Shown: positions 1-13,533, counted from the stretch's first letter. The stretch: DNA of 64,000 nt from an uncultured Candidatus Saccharibacteria bacterium (GCA_964371255.1 CAYJKV010000003.1:86901-150900); one strand, 5' to 3'. A program made the numbers and translations. The notes: generated by a model from the sequence alone, not told the origin.

Positions 1-2
1 CA

Positions 3-128
3 GTCGAGGACACCAAACGATTTATGAACGAAAAACATGTGACAAGCGATGAATTCTTGACCATTTACGAGATACTAAGTAATAACCAGCAAAATGCTAT
101 TAAACAGTTGACCAAATCTTCTAAATAG
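3..128 (+). CDS. 3' fragment of upstream gene (partial, unknown)
   Basis: Open frame entering from the window edge and ending at TAG near 126-128. No recognisable motif. Confidence 0.25.
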   Translation, partial: VEDTKRFMNEKHVTSDEFLTIYEILSNNQQNAIKQLTKSSK

Positions 129-219
129 CTTACAAATTAGAGCAGTATTATAGAAACTAATCTAGTTTCTATTTTATTATTAGTAATGATAATTTTCACC
201 TCACACCTAATTTACCTAC

Positions 220-939
220 ATGACGCGTAAAACATCCCATTTAACGGCCACCCCGCGAGCGCATGGCCATAATCAGGAAACCAGGAGACAGGGGAGTATA
301 CCGGCTGTTTTGTATGGTTATGGTTTAGACAATCTTAACGTCCAGATCGACAGCCGCGCTTTCTCAGCTGTCTTTAATAATGCCGGTTATACCTCGCTGA
401 TTACTTTAACTGTTGCGGACGGGGAGCAGAATAAAGAGCACACCGTCTTGATTCGCGACATGCAATTGCACCCGCTGAAAAATACCGTCCAACATATTGA
501 TTTTTATCAACCCCGCCTTGATCAAGCTATTACCGCCAACGTACCCCTTAGCTTCGTTGGTGATGCACCGGCCGTCAAGGACCTGGGAGGTGTGCTAGTT
601 CGGACATTGGACGAAGTTGAACTGGAAGCATTGCCTGTTGATTTGCCACATGATATTGCCGTAGATATTTCCGTTCTCACAGACTTTGCCAAATCTATTT
701 ATATTCAAGATCTGGTTTTGCCGCCTAAAGTGAAACTCCACCACGAGCCGGACGAGACTGTGGCTTTAGTGCAGCCGCCGCGCACTGAAGAAGAGTTAGA
801 AGCCCTCGAAGGCGAAGTCAAAGAAGACGTGCAGAGTGTCGAAGGCGTTGAAGACAAGCCTGCCGCCGAAGGAGAAATCGATGAAGAAGCAGCGAAGACC
901 GAAAAAACTGCCTCCGATAAAGAAGACGCAGCCAAATAA
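220..939 (+). CDS. rplY: 50S ribosomal protein L25 / general stress protein Ctc
   Basis: N-terminal HGHNQETRRQGSIPAVLYG matches the L25 signature. Acidic C-terminal tail as in Ctc-type L25. Confidence 0.85.
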   Translation: MTRKTSHLTATPRAHGHNQETRRQGSIPAVLYGYGLDNLNVQIDSRAFSAVFNNAGYTSLITLTVADGEQNKEHTVLIRDMQLHPLKNTVQHIDFYQPRLDQAITANVPLSFVGDAPAVKDLGGVLVRTLDEVELEALPVDLPHDIAVDISVLTDFAKSIYIQDLVLPPKVKLHHEPDETVALVQPPRTEEELEALEGEVKEDVQSVEGVEDKPAAEGEIDEEAAKTEKTASDKEDAAK

Positions 940-1014
940 TCTTTTTTCCGAGTTATCGCTTGCCATGCAAGCTGTCTGCCCAGTTGTTCATTGCCATTTA
1001 AAGGAGGGATATAC

Positions 1015-1215
1015 ATGCCCGAGCCTATCCCTGATAGCATTATCTTGATTCGTCTGCCCAGCTCCCTGGTTAATCGGTCCGTACTAAAGAGTGGCAAGGA
1101 AACAATTCCAGACCTGATCCTGACCCAGCTTCGACCAATCTTAACCGCCAAGCCGAAGATGGAAATTGATATTGAAGGTTTAGAATTCATTATTACCATT
1201 TCTTCCGCGGATTGA
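1015..1215 (+). CDS. small hypothetical protein (66 aa)
   Basis: ATG preceded by AAAGGAGGG at -7. No recognisable family. Confidence 0.35.
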   Translation: MPEPIPDSIILIRLPSSLVNRSVLKSGKETIPDLILTQLRPILTAKPKMEIDIEGLEFIITISSAD

Positions 1216-1553
1216 GACTTAACCTATTGTTATTCACAGTTCTTGCTAGCCTGCACCATAATTCATTTGTCCTCCCTCCATCCTTTTTTCGAATTATGTT
1301 GTGCCTGGCCAACTCCTAGCGTTGTGCTGAATAATCATTTGTGGTTGACCGCTACACATGATTAACCCGCCACAATGCTTTTTATTATTTTCCGCCTCGC
1401 TCCTTCGCTTAGACTTATGGTAACAGCGCTGTCCGTTGCAATAATCCTTTGTTCACTCTTGATCCTGCGGCGCTGTGTAGAGATCACTTCTATGAACCGT
1501 CATGAATCCCTAGGCAGCGCCATTTTATTGCATCGCATTGCATCAATCCATTT

Positions 1554-2489
1554 CTATGTTTTATTTTTTATCTCGCCGCCCACCGTTTCATAAATTAACG
1601 GCACCTCTGTCTTCAGCAGCTCCTTAACAAACACCAATCCATCCTCTCCGCCATCCAGCGCCACGCGCGGTTCATATCGCAGTCCCAACTTGTCATTACC
1701 CAAAGTTGCCTGCGCGGTTAGTTCACCTGAGGGAACATATGGTGGATTGCTGACAATTAAATCCACCCTCCTCTCTTTAATGGGTTGTAATAAATCACCC
1801 TGTAAGCAATCAATTTTATCTTTTATGTCAAACCGTCTGGCGTTCTGTCTGGTTACCTTAAGTGCTGCCCCGGATATATCCGTCGCGATCATCCTCCAAT
1901 CACAGCATAATCTCTCTGCCCTCAACCATTTTTCAATTTCCAAACCAATCGTTATAGCTATACATCCGCTGCCTGTACCAATATCCGCGATTATTATTGT
2001 TTCTCTTTCCGTCTCCTTAAGGCCACCCCTCACTAACTTTTTTATATAACTCAAAGCCTCATCAACTAGCTTCTCGGTACTGGGGCGGGGGATTAAGACC
2101 GCTTCGTTTACAGCAAAGGAACGTCCATAAAACTCCCATTCTCCCAGTAAATAGGCCAACGGCTCGCCCGCGCTTCTTCTTGCTAATAACTGTGAAAAAA
2201 GCGCTAATTCTTTTCCGGTCAGCCGCTCCTCCCCATGGGCTATCAGCCAGCTCGCTTCTTTCTTGTTCAGTATCTTCAATAACATCCACTGGGCATCCAG
2301 CCTCGGATCAGACAAATGCTTTAACTGAATAACCGCCTGCGCCAATGCTTGTTTTATCGTCGAGGAAAATAGCGGTTCGTTTGTATCAGTTTGGTGCTTG
2401 GGATCTAGGATTTGATTTGGCATTGGCCCCGTAGGGGTCCCTTGGGGATCATTGGTCATTAGGCATTCTGATGAGTTACTTGAAAGCAA
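1554..2489 (-). CDS. prmC: release factor glutamine N5-methyltransferase PrmC/HemK
   Basis: IADIGTGSGCIAI SAM-binding motif and the NPPY motif (VSNPPYVPSGE). Lies directly downstream of prfA as in the classical prfA-prmC pair. Confidence 0.85.
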   Translation of the reverse strand: MLSSNSSECLMTNDPQGTPTGPMPNQILDPKHQTDTNEPLFSSTIKQALAQAVIQLKHLSDPRLDAQWMLLKILNKKEASWLIAHGEERLTGKELALFSQLLARRSAGEPLAYLLGEWEFYGRSFAVNEAVLIPRPSTEKLVDEALSYIKKLVRGGLKETERETIIIADIGTGSGCIAITIGLEIEKWLRAERLCCDWRMIATDISGAALKVTRQNARRFDIKDKIDCLQGDLLQPIKERRVDLIVSNPPYVPSGELTAQATLGNDKLGLRYEPRVALDGGEDGLVFVKELLKTEVPLIYETVGGEIKNKT

Positions 2490-2531
2490 AATAATTGGCT
2501 ATGAACAAATTATTTTGTGGATTTCCCCTAA

Positions 2532-3599
2532 TTAAGATTTCGGATTTTCCAATTTTCTCATTTCAACCTTCACTTCCCGAAAAATCTTTTCCCATCCGCC
2601 TTGCATAACCCCTTCAATATTGCTCCAATTCTTCTTGATCCGATGATCAGTTATTCGATCCTGGGGGTAGTTATAAGTACGGATTTTTTCCGACCGGTCA
2701 CCCGTACCCACTTGCTGTTTGCGGTCTCGCGCTTCCTGGTTCATTCTCTTTTCCTCCTCGGCTTCGAGCAGACGCGCTCGAAGCACACTCATCGCTTTAG
2801 CTTTATTCTTGTGTTGACTGCGTTCCTCCTGGACGGCCACCACCGTATTGGTTGGTAAGTGCGTGATCCTCACCGCCGAACTCGTTTTGTTCACGTGCTG
2901 GCCGCCGGCCCCGGACGATCGATAAGTATCAATCCTCAGGTCCTCTGGCTTAATCTCTAAGTCAATTTCTTGCGCTTGCGGCAGTACGGCCACCGTGACC
3001 GTCGAGGTATGGATTCGACCTTGCTTTTCGGTGGCGGGAATTCGTTGCACGCGATGGACGCCCCGTTCATATTTTAAAGTGCCAAAAACATTCTCCCCAT
3101 TGCACTCGGCAATCGCTTCTTTGTAACCGCCTTGCTCGTTTATTGATCGATCCATGAGATGCATTTTCCATCCCTTTTGTTCGGCGTAGCGGGTATATGA
3201 TCGCATCAATTCAGCCGCAAACAAACCAGCCTCGTCTCCTCCCGCCCCCGCCCTAATTTCTAAAATCACGTCGCGCGCATCCCGCGGATCCTGGGGAATT
3301 AATATATCATCAATTTGGCTTTGCGCCTGTTGCTGCTTTTCTCTCAAGGCGATCGCGTCCTCCTCGGCCATTTGCCTTAATTCTGCATCCGTCTCAGTGG
3401 CGGATAATTTATCAGTCGCAGCGATCTCTCCTTCAATTTTCCCCAGTTCCTGCAGCAGTTTTAACAGTCCTTCTTTTTGTTTATGGCTGGCTGTCAGCTC
3501 TTTCATCTTATTGGGATCTAGGCTCACGCGCGGCTGCGCCATCTCTTCCAGTAGATGATTAATTTCTTCCTGCAATTGTTCAACTGTCGGCAATACCAT
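2532..3599 (-). CDS. prfA: peptide chain release factor 1
   Basis: GGQ motif (SGAGGQHVNKTSSAVRITHLPT) and the RF1-type PxT-region context. Confidence 0.9.
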   Translation of the reverse strand: MVLPTVEQLQEEINHLLEEMAQPRVSLDPNKMKELTASHKQKEGLLKLLQELGKIEGEIAATDKLSATETDAELRQMAEEDAIALREKQQQAQSQIDDILIPQDPRDARDVILEIRAGAGGDEAGLFAAELMRSYTRYAEQKGWKMHLMDRSINEQGGYKEAIAECNGENVFGTLKYERGVHRVQRIPATEKQGRIHTSTVTVAVLPQAQEIDLEIKPEDLRIDTYRSSGAGGQHVNKTSSAVRITHLPTNTVVAVQEERSQHKNKAKAMSVLRARLLEAEEEKRMNQEARDRKQQVGTGDRSEKIRTYNYPQDRITDHRIKKNWSNIEGVMQGGWEKIFREVKVEMRKLENPKS

Positions 3600-3671
3600 A
3601 AAATCAGCTTCCCCATTATATGAACGAGACCGCTCCTTTTTCTTAATTATATTCTATCGGCCCTTGAGAGG

Positions 3672-3983
3672 TTAACCCAGCTGAATGCGTTTACTGTCCC
3701 GATCTTTCTTTTTAGCCTCTTCTGCCTTCTTTCGCTTCAGGCGAACATGCTTGATCTTAGTTTCAGTCTTTTCCGCTTGGTCGGCCTTGACTAGCCGTTT
3801 TTTAAACTGGTCCACTCGTCCAGCCACATCCACTAGCTTCTGTTTGCCAGTGTAATAAGGGTGGCAGTTTGAACATACTTCCACTTCCATCTTTTTCTCG
3901 GTTGAACCAACTTCCCAGCTGCCGCCGCAAGCGCAAGTTACGGTCGCTTTCTGCTGATATTCCGGGTGAATCTTATTCTTCAT
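3672..3983 (-). CDS. rpmE: 50S ribosomal protein L31 with Lys-rich C-terminal extension
   Basis: MKNKIHPEY...CACGGSWEV...CSNCHPYYTGKQK zinc-ribbon L31 signature. Confidence 0.85.
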   Translation of the reverse strand: MKNKIHPEYQQKATVTCACGGSWEVGSTEKKMEVEVCSNCHPYYTGKQKLVDVAGRVDQFKKRLVKADQAEKTETKIKHVRLKRKKAEEAKKKDRDSKRIQLG

Positions 3984-4069
3984 ACGATATTATACAAAAT
4001 GCTTAGGTTCGATGATTATAGACAAAAAGATTGATTTTTTCAAGTAACTTCTATATTATTTGCTTCATT

Positions 4070-4900
4070 ATGCCAACAACTAAGATAAAAGCCAAAATAA
4101 AGACCCCAAAGCCCCTCCAGGCTATTCCTAGCCTGGTAGACATGCTGGAAGCCGGTGTGCACTTTGGACATGAGCGCAGTAAGAAGAACCCTAAGATGGA
4201 TAACTATATATTCATGCTCCGTAACCGCATGGCTATTATTGACCTGGAAAAGACTCAGGCGGCCCTGGCCAAAGCCTGTGATTTTATTCACCAAATCGCC
4301 TCTACGCCGGGCAAAGAAATCCTCTTTGTGGGTACCAAGCGACAAACGCGGGAAATTATTAAAAAATACGCGGAAGCCACGCAAATGCCCTATGTTACCC
4401 AACGTTGGTTGGGGGGCATGCTCACTAACTTCTCAACCGTCTTGAAAAGCATTGAAAAGTTGGAAGAATTAAAGAGCATGACGACCAATGAAGCCGCCAT
4501 GGAAAAGATGACTAAGAAGGAACGGTCCGTGCACATGAAGTCTATTGAGCGGTTAGAAAAAGTGTTAGAGGGAACAAAGAACCTCAAAAAACCGCCAGCC
4601 GCCTTGATCGTCGTTGGTTCCTATGACGAAAAGCTTGCCGTCCGTGAAGCCGCCCGCGTCCGTATTCCCGTCGTAGCCGTCACTGATACTAACGCTGATC
4701 CGTCACTCGTCGACTACCCGATTCCTGCTAACGACGATGCTATCCGCGCTATCGATCTGATAGTCAACACATTAGCCGTTTCTATTCTCAAGGCTCAAGG
4801 TAAACCAACCGCCGCCCTTAACAAATTACTCGTCACCAAGCTTGCCCCGGTAGAAACTGCCAGCCCGACCGACGAAGTCTCCAAGGACGCTGCGCAATAA
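4070..4900 (+). CDS. rpsB: 30S ribosomal protein S2
   Basis: MLEAGVHFGHE...WLGGMLTNF S2 signature. Start moved to the internal ATG (MPTTKIK) ahead of the conserved N-terminus. Confidence 0.9.
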   Translation: MPTTKIKAKIKTPKPLQAIPSLVDMLEAGVHFGHERSKKNPKMDNYIFMLRNRMAIIDLEKTQAALAKACDFIHQIASTPGKEILFVGTKRQTREIIKKYAEATQMPYVTQRWLGGMLTNFSTVLKSIEKLEELKSMTTNEAAMEKMTKKERSVHMKSIERLEKVLEGTKNLKKPPAALIVVGSYDEKLAVREAARVRIPVVAVTDTNADPSLVDYPIPANDDAIRAIDLIVNTLAVSILKAQGKPTAALNKLLVTKLAPVETASPTDEVSKDAAQ

Positions 4901-4955
4901 GCTATAATAAATATCTACGCCTACTAAATCTATCGCCACATTTTAACTCAATCAT

Positions 4956-5540
4956 ATGGCCACCATGGACCAAATTAAGGAGCTTCGAGCCCGTACTGGG
5001 TGCGGTGTCGTTGACTGTAAGGAAGCGCTAGAGGAAGCAGGGGATGATATTGAACAGGCCATTACAATCCTGCGTAAAAAGGGCAAAGCCCAAGTGGCTA
5101 AGAAAGCCAGCCGTGACACGCGGGAAGGCGTGGTCATGTCTTACATTCATAGCAATAACAAACTTGGCGTCATTGTCACCTTGCTGTGCGAAACCGACTT
5201 TGTCGCTCGCAACTCCAAGTTTCAAGACTTAGCGCGTAACATAGCTATGCACATTGCTGCGATGGATCCATTGGCGGTAAGTCCCGATGATATCGATGAA
5301 TCTTTAGTCGAAGCTGAGCTTAAGCTAGCGCAGGAACAAGCCGCCGAGTCCGGTAAACCGGCCGATATTCAAACGAAAATGGTGGAGGGAAAGATCAACA
5401 AATTCAAAGCAGAACGGGCTCTATTAAAGCAGCCATTCGTGAAGGACCCAACTAAAACCATCGAGGATATCATTCAAGAAACGGTTCAGGAAATTGGCGA
5501 AAATATTACTATTGGTGAGTTTACGCGCCAAGCTATATAG
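4956..5540 (+). CDS. tsf: elongation factor Ts (short form)
   Basis: MATMDQIKELRARTGCGVVDCKEAL UBA-like N-terminus typical of EF-Ts. Immediately follows rpsB. Confidence 0.9.
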   Translation: MATMDQIKELRARTGCGVVDCKEALEEAGDDIEQAITILRKKGKAQVAKKASRDTREGVVMSYIHSNNKLGVIVTLLCETDFVARNSKFQDLARNIAMHIAAMDPLAVSPDDIDESLVEAELKLAQEQAAESGKPADIQTKMVEGKINKFKAERALLKQPFVKDPTKTIEDIIQETVQEIGENITIGEFTRQAI

Positions 5541-5670
5541 GAAAAATTAGACCTTTGTCCCTTTTTGCTGTTGTTGAATAGCAAACGGGTATAATATGTT
5601 AATAAGTCAGGCCGATGCGTCTTGGCTTACGTAGCACGTCTTGCTATTATGGTAAAGATTAATTATTTGG

Positions 5671-6894
5671 ATGCTATATAACGTCCTACCGCCGCTAATT
5701 TTTTTCATGTCACTAGGGGGCATAATTATTGTCATTTCTAGGGTTGTGCTTCGGCTGCGCCAACAGCAGCTATTAACTGATTTGCAATCCCATGTCACCC
5801 GTGTTTCTCGCACCCGATTAAATAAGGTTCAGGATTTAGCCGGCCTGCTTGCACCGAACCAAATTAGTGTCCAAAGCTTTAAGAATCGTCTCACGTTTCT
5901 AATCCATAACAGTAAAGAGTCTTGGCAAAAAATGTGGCAGGATATTAGTGACTGGCGAGAGAAAAGACGACGCATAAAAGTCAAAACTGCCCGCCAGCCC
6001 GCAGTCGAAAAAATCCCTGCTCTCACCTCAGACTCTGATTCCCCAGATGCTCCCGCTGTCACTGCCATCAGACAACCCAATTCATTTATGAGAAATAAAA
6101 TTGCGGGGATTGCCGGTAAAGTTAAAAAGACACACTTACCTAAGCCATCAAAATTAACAGCCAAAACTGCTGCCATGTTACAGGTTGTCAAACAAAAAAT
6201 TGCTTCTCTTTCTACTCACCCCAGTCTGCGACGCAAGGATCAAGCTGTCATTTCTACCGACCAATCAACAGGCGAAATTGATCCAACCATCAGCGCCAAT
6301 CAGTTGGCAGTAAAACCAAGTGAGTCTCCTAAACTGCGCATAATCAATACAGATGAAATACCCGCTTCTGCTCCTTCCTCGCCGGTCATGGCTACCATGG
6401 GACACCCCGTTAAAGCCGGCAGCCTCAGCCAGCTTTTTAAAAAAGAACTTAAGAAGTCACCCCTCCAGGAAGCCGCTGAAGCACTAGAACATCTCCAGAC
6501 TAAGCGAGCCGAGGATCTCCTTGTCCCATATATAGTGAAGCATCCCAAAGATACAGATGCCTATATGATGCTGGGTAGAGCCGCGATCAACCGTCATGCT
6601 TGGAACGAAGCAACCGAAATCTTTGAACAGGTTATTAAATTAAAACCAGAAACCGAAGGATGTTACGCGGCCTTGGGTCAAGCGGCTTTAGAAGCCGGCA
6701 ACCTGACAAAAGCCATACAAACCTTGCAGCGTGCGCACGATCAAAATCCGCAAAATGTATTTGTGATCAAATGCCTCTTACAAATTGCCAGCCGTATGGA
6801 CAACCGCCCCCTGCAGCAATCTCTTAACCTCGAGCTACAACAGTTGGAGCAATCAACAGTCCCAAACTCCCAGTCAGTAAGCTCGCCCCCATAA
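5671..6894 (+). CDS. membrane-anchored TPR-repeat protein
   Basis: N-terminal TM helix. C-terminal TPR-like repeats (DAYMMLGRAAINRHAWNEATEIFEQVIKLKPE..., AALGQAALEAGNLTKAIQTLQRA). Confidence 0.55.
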   Translation: MLYNVLPPLIFFMSLGGIIIVISRVVLRLRQQQLLTDLQSHVTRVSRTRLNKVQDLAGLLAPNQISVQSFKNRLTFLIHNSKESWQKMWQDISDWREKRRRIKVKTARQPAVEKIPALTSDSDSPDAPAVTAIRQPNSFMRNKIAGIAGKVKKTHLPKPSKLTAKTAAMLQVVKQKIASLSTHPSLRRKDQAVISTDQSTGEIDPTISANQLAVKPSESPKLRIINTDEIPASAPSSPVMATMGHPVKAGSLSQLFKKELKKSPLQEAAEALEHLQTKRAEDLLVPYIVKHPKDTDAYMMLGRAAINRHAWNEATEIFEQVIKLKPETEGCYAALGQAALEAGNLTKAIQTLQRAHDQNPQNVFVIKCLLQIASRMDNRPLQQSLNLELQQLEQSTVPNSQSVSSPP

Positions 6895-7288
6895 CAAACC
6901 ACACAAGGTTACCGGTGCCAGTTTGTGCTGTTATTGGCACGGCCGCGACTTCGTTGATATTCTCCTGTACGGACTTAACTTCTACCACATCAAACGCCGC
7001 CTCTTCTGTTATCACCCCTTCTACTTGAGGTTGAGTGCTGATGCTGATGATGGCATTGTTGATCGGCGAGGCAATCATCTCGCTTGGGGAAACTTCCGGT
7101 GCCAAAACGGTTGACGCGTCATTTAAGCTCCGCATTTCTACCACCGCCGCTGGCGGTGGTAGTGCTGCCTTTAAATTGCTGCGCGGCATATCTCCATTCT
7201 GATCGCTAAAATAGACACCTGCCCCAAGCAATACCACTACGATTGTCAGCGCCAACAATGAAAATTTCATCTCAAACATAATAGACAC
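6824..7288 (-). CDS. hypothetical secreted/membrane protein
   Basis: Signal/TM segment MKFSLLALTIVVVLLGAGVYF. Its 3' end overlaps the convergent TPR gene by about 70 bp. Confidence 0.35.
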   Translation of the reverse strand: MSIMFEMKFSLLALTIVVVLLGAGVYFSDQNGDMPRSNLKAALPPPAAVVEMRSLNDASTVLAPEVSPSEMIASPINNAIISISTQPQVEGVITEEAAFDVVEVKSVQENINEVAAVPITAQTGTGNLVWFVMGASLLTGSLGLLIAPTVVARG

Positions 7289-7565
7289 ATATATTGTTCA
7301 TATGATATGTACTCTCCGTGCCTGTGATTGTCAACCACTGTTCGCCAGTCAAAAATTAACTGGATAGTCACCAGAAAAAAACATTAAGTGTGTTATTGTT
7401 AATTACATGAACGGTTTTTCCTTTCAATTTTTCGCCTGGGCCATGTTTTTCATTAGCGCTATTGCTATGCTAACGGTTGGACTCGTTCGTATTTTTTTGG
7501 TTTACCATGTGATCAACTAAACAACCGGTCTCTATCCAATACTAAGTGCGACAAATTCTGGGCCG

Positions 7566-7645
7566 ATTCCCTCCCTGATAAGAGAGGGGTAGGGATGGGT
7601 TTTTAAACTATTGCCAATCCCAAACCCCTCCGCCTGCCGGCAGAA
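7566..7645. repeat. degenerate relic of the MITE-like element core (CCCTGATAAG hairpin plus GGGGTTTGG box plus CGCCTGCCGGCAG palindrome)
   Basis: Sequence tccctccctgataagagaggggtagggatgggttt aligns with the cores of the elements at 20601 and 22449. Confidence 0.4.
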
Positions 7646-8143
7646 CCCCCCCCTGTACAAGCGAAGATAAGAATCAGATGGAGATAATATGAACAATCTG
7701 AAATTCCTTAAAAAAATAATTACCCCTCATTTTACAGGAATCATTCTTCATTTTGCCATCCGTGTATTTCGAGACGCGCTATTCTTAGAGCATCAGTCTT
7801 TATCGCCTCAACTTTATGCGACGCATAGCAGCCGTTGTATATTTATTCCTTGCTATAGCCAAAATCAACATTAGATCATTGGACATGAGATCCTTCCTCT
7901 TTGTTGCCCTTATATTACTAGCCGTAGTCGTTCTAACAATTGTGTATTTACAATCAAATGTGCAGCCCCCGCAGGGGATTACTCCAATCCTCTCCAGTGT
8001 TCCTTTTTTCAACAACCCTGGTCACGTCTGACAACCATGTCCCTCTCCCTTCATCGAGGGGGGTAGTCCAAGACGGTGACGATAAAATAATCCGCATCAA
8101 AAATCTGGCAGTCCTCACATCTCAATAAACGTCGCTGCAAATT

Positions 8144-8578
8144 TTACCGCGCGCGTCGGCGTTTTTTCAGTTCCGCCACCTTTAATCTCGCCAGATTTAG
8201 TTCAATCAAACCCATCGCGTCTGCCAAAGCGACCTCGTCCTTTTGTGTCCGGCGCATTTCCTGGGCGTGTTCCAGCGCTTCCTTGGCTTTCATCTCATCA
8301 ATATCATCCGCTCGTTCGGCTACATCGGCTAGGACTCGAACACGCTTAGCATCGATCTCCGCGAACCCTCCTGCCGTTGCGATGTGTTCTAAATGATCAG
8401 GGGTATCCGTCGGCGTTCTTTTTATATAGATGACACCCGGTTTAATAATCGTCACCAGCGGTTCATGGTTAGCCAGCACGCCGATTTCACCCTCTGCTGT
8501 GGGCAAGATGACGCTATACACCTCTTCTTGCCAGGTCAAGCCTTCTGGCGTCACAACCTCAAAAGAAATCGCGGGCAT
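8144..8578 (-). CDS. atpC: F1 ATP synthase epsilon subunit
   Basis: MPAISFEVVTPEG...VLANHEPLVT epsilon signature. Last gene of the atp operon. Confidence 0.9.
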   Translation of the reverse strand: MPAISFEVVTPEGLTWQEEVYSVILPTAEGEIGVLANHEPLVTIIKPGVIYIKRTPTDTPDHLEHIATAGGFAEIDAKRVRVLADVAERADDIDEMKAKEALEHAQEMRRTQKDEVALADAMGLIELNLARLKVAELKKRRRAR

Positions 8579-8587
8579 ATTCCAGTA

Positions 8588-10823
<2,236 letters not shown>

Positions 10824-10834
10824 CTGGTCTCTCC

Positions 10835-12367
10835 TTACGCACTAAAGCGGCTGGCCACCTCGGCCGCTGCTTTGGTTAACGTCTCCCGATCTTCATCGGG
10901 TAATACGCCCTCGGTCCGAATTTTTTCCATAATCCCGGCGTGTTGCTTTTTCAGGGCACTTTCGACTGCTCGTTCCGCTTCTTTAATTTTCGCTAACGCC
11001 ACGGTATCAAAGGCACCCGACGTCACGGCCAGTAGCACTACTACCTGCTCGTCCACGCTCTTCGGCTCATATTGGTCCTGTTTAAGAATTTCTGTCAGAC
11101 GCTGGCCGCGTTCAATTCGTCGCTTCGTTTCTGGATCCAGGTCCGTGGCAAACTGGGCAAAGGCTGCTAGCTCTCGGAACTGTGCCAATTCCAACCGCAG
11201 CTTACCGGCCACGGCTTTCATAGCTTTTGTTTGGGCGCTGCTGCCGACGCGCGACACGGACAAACCGACATTCAAAGCCGGTCGTATACCCTGGTAGAAC
11301 AGATCACTTTCCAGGTAAATTTGCCCATCCGTTATAGAAATAACATTGGTTGGAATATATGCCGACACATCATTAGCTTGTGTTTCAATAATCGGCAAGG
11401 CTGTTAATGATCCTCCGCCATGTTCTGGTGATAACTTAGCTGCCCGTTCCAACAAGCGCGAGTGCAGATAGAACACATCACCCGGATAAGCCTCCCGTCC
11501 CGGTGGACGGCGTAATAACAGCGATATCTGACGATAGGCTACCGCGTGCTTGGACAAATCATCATAAATAATCAGAGCGTCTTTACCGTTATCCCGGAAA
11601 TATTCACCCATCGCGCAGCCGGCATAGGGCGCGATAAACTGCAATGCCGCCGGATCCGCCGCCGATGTTGCTACCACAATCGTGCTATCCAGCGCGCCTT
11701 CTTCGCGCAGCCGATCAACGATGCGGGCCACTGTACTCATCTTTTGTCCAATGGCCACGTAGATTGAGATCACGCCGCTGTTCTGCTTGTGCTGGTTGAT
11801 GATTGTATCCACCGCGATCGCTGTTTTGCCTGTTTGGCGATCGCCGATAATCAGTTCCCGCTGGCCGCGGCCGATCGGTATCATCGCATCAATGGCTTTG
11901 ATACCTGTCATCAACGGCTGCTTCACCGACTGCCGTGTAATGACACCCGGGGCAATTTTTTCGACCGCCCCAGTCTGGGTAGTGGACACAGCTCCTTGGC
12001 CGTCTAACGGCAAGCCTAAGGGATTGACCACGCGTCCGACCAGTTCTGGGCCAACCGGCACTGATAACACTTGATGGGTTAAGAATGCCTTCGCGCCAGC
12101 TTTAATTTCTGTTTCGTTGGCTAATAAGACGGCTCCGATTTGGTCTGTTTCTAAATTCAAAGCAAAAGCGGTGGCTGTCTTGCCTGGCACAGTGGTTTCA
12201 ATATTAATCATTTCGTTGTAGCCACATTCTTGCAGGCCGTATATCCACACGATTCCGTCACTGACTTTGGTCACAATACCGAAAGTCTTTAAATCGGTCG
12301 AAGTGTCTAAACCGTGCAAAGCGGCTTGCAGTTCTTTGGCTAATATTTCTCCTGTTATTTCAGTCAT
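10835..12367 (-). CDS. atpA: F1 ATP synthase alpha subunit
   Basis: [18 protein letters not shown] Walker A. 510 aa. Confidence 0.95.
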   Translation of the reverse strand: MTEITGEILAKELQAALHGLDTSTDLKTFGIVTKVSDGIVWIYGLQECGYNEMINIETTVPGKTATAFALNLETDQIGAVLLANETEIKAGAKAFLTHQVLSVPVGPELVGRVVNPLGLPLDGQGAVSTTQTGAVEKIAPGVITRQSVKQPLMTGIKAIDAMIPIGRGQRELIIGDRQTGKTAIAVDTIINQHKQNSGVISIYVAIGQKMSTVARIVDRLREEGALDSTIVVATSAADPAALQFIAPYAGCAMGEYFRDNGKDALIIYDDLSKHAVAYRQISLLLRRPPGREAYPGDVFYLHSRLLERAAKLSPEHGGGSLTALPIIETQANDVSAYIPTNVISITDGQIYLESDLFYQGIRPALNVGLSVSRVGSSAQTKAMKAVAGKLRLELAQFRELAAFAQFATDLDPETKRRIERGQRLTEILKQDQYEPKSVDEQVVVLLAVTSGAFDTVALAKIKEAERAVESALKKQHAGIMEKIRTEGVLPDEDRETLTKAAAEVASRFSA

Positions 12368-12710
12368 GGCTCATCAATTGGTTAAGTTTAGATCGAACTG
12401 AAGCGTCGATTTCGCTATCGGTGGTGCGCGCGATAAATCCTCCCAGGATGGTTGGATCCACCACCGTTTGCGCGTCCAAATTATCTACGCCCAATTTCAT
12501 TTTCATCATGGCGGTTATCCTCTCTACCAGGGATTTATCAATCGGCCGGGCAGTAATAATTTCTACCTTAGGCTGTTTTATTTTCTGGCCTGATATTTCT
12601 GCCAGTTCATTAATAACATTGGTCGCATTATCTACGCCATATTCTTTAGCATAGCGGGTCAAGATGGGCAAAAATGCTTTAGCCAATTCTCTGGCAGAGT
12701 AACGCGTCAT
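12360..12710 (-). CDS. atpH: ATP synthase delta (OSCP) subunit, short form
   Basis: Operon position. C-terminal [25 protein letters not shown] matches the delta signature. Confidence 0.75.
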   Translation of the reverse strand: MTRYSARELAKAFLPILTRYAKEYGVDNATNVINELAEISGQKIKQPKVEIITARPIDKSLVERITAMMKMKLGVDNLDAQTVVDPTILGGFIARTTDSEIDASVRSKLNQLMSHD

Positions 12711-13266
12711 ATTTTTGGCTGGTTCTCCACCGCTTCCAGCGCCTTGATTATTAAGGCCTGGTCGCTGGCTGTGTCTAGTTTAGTATTAATCATTTTTTCC
12801 GTGGCTTGCGCAACTAATTCCACAGTTTCGTTTTTTAGCTGATCCTTAATCTTTGCTAAGTCTTGGTTGACCTTTTCCTGCGCTTTTTCCACAATTTTCT
12901 CCGCCCTTTGCGCCGCTTTTTCCTCCGCCGTCTTAATAATATCGGTCGCCTGGGTGCGGCCCTGGCTGATGGCTTCATCAATTTTAGTTTGCGCTTTTTG
13001 CATCATTTCCTGTTGTTGTATAGTCCAGGTCTCTTTCATTGTTTCCATCTCTTTGCTCGCGCGCAGCGACTCCTCAATCCGTTGTCGTCGACTATCCAAC
13101 AGTTTCAGAATCGGTTTGTACGCCACGAAGCGCAGGATAACTAGCAGCAGCGTAAAGTTAATTACTTGGAAAAGTAATGCTTTACCGTCAAATCCCAGCG
13201 CCGCGAAGCCGGTGGGGCCTTGCTCCGCTACTGCCTCGGTAGCTGCCTGGACAGCGTTAATAAACA

Positions 13267-13267
<1 letters not shown>
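12707..13267 (-). CDS. atpF: Fo ATP synthase subunit b
   Basis: Single N-terminal TM helix followed by a long charged coiled coil. Operon position. Confidence 0.8.
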
Positions 13268-13509
<242 letters not shown>

Positions 13510-13533
13510 TTAGTTAAATAATTAAAAATTAAT

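Noticed and set aside
705-1199. 164-aa minus-strand ORF
   Set aside because: It is antisense to rplY and to the RBS-supported small ORF. Its composition is serine-rich and low-complexity.
1375-1593. 72-aa plus-strand ORF
   Set aside because: It has no RBS, overlaps the prmC 3' end, and has hydrophobic low-complexity composition.
4031-4069. ORF-track N-terminal extension of rpsB (MIFSSNFYIICFI)
   Set aside because: It lies in the promoter region. The conserved S2 N-terminus begins after the internal ATG at 4070.
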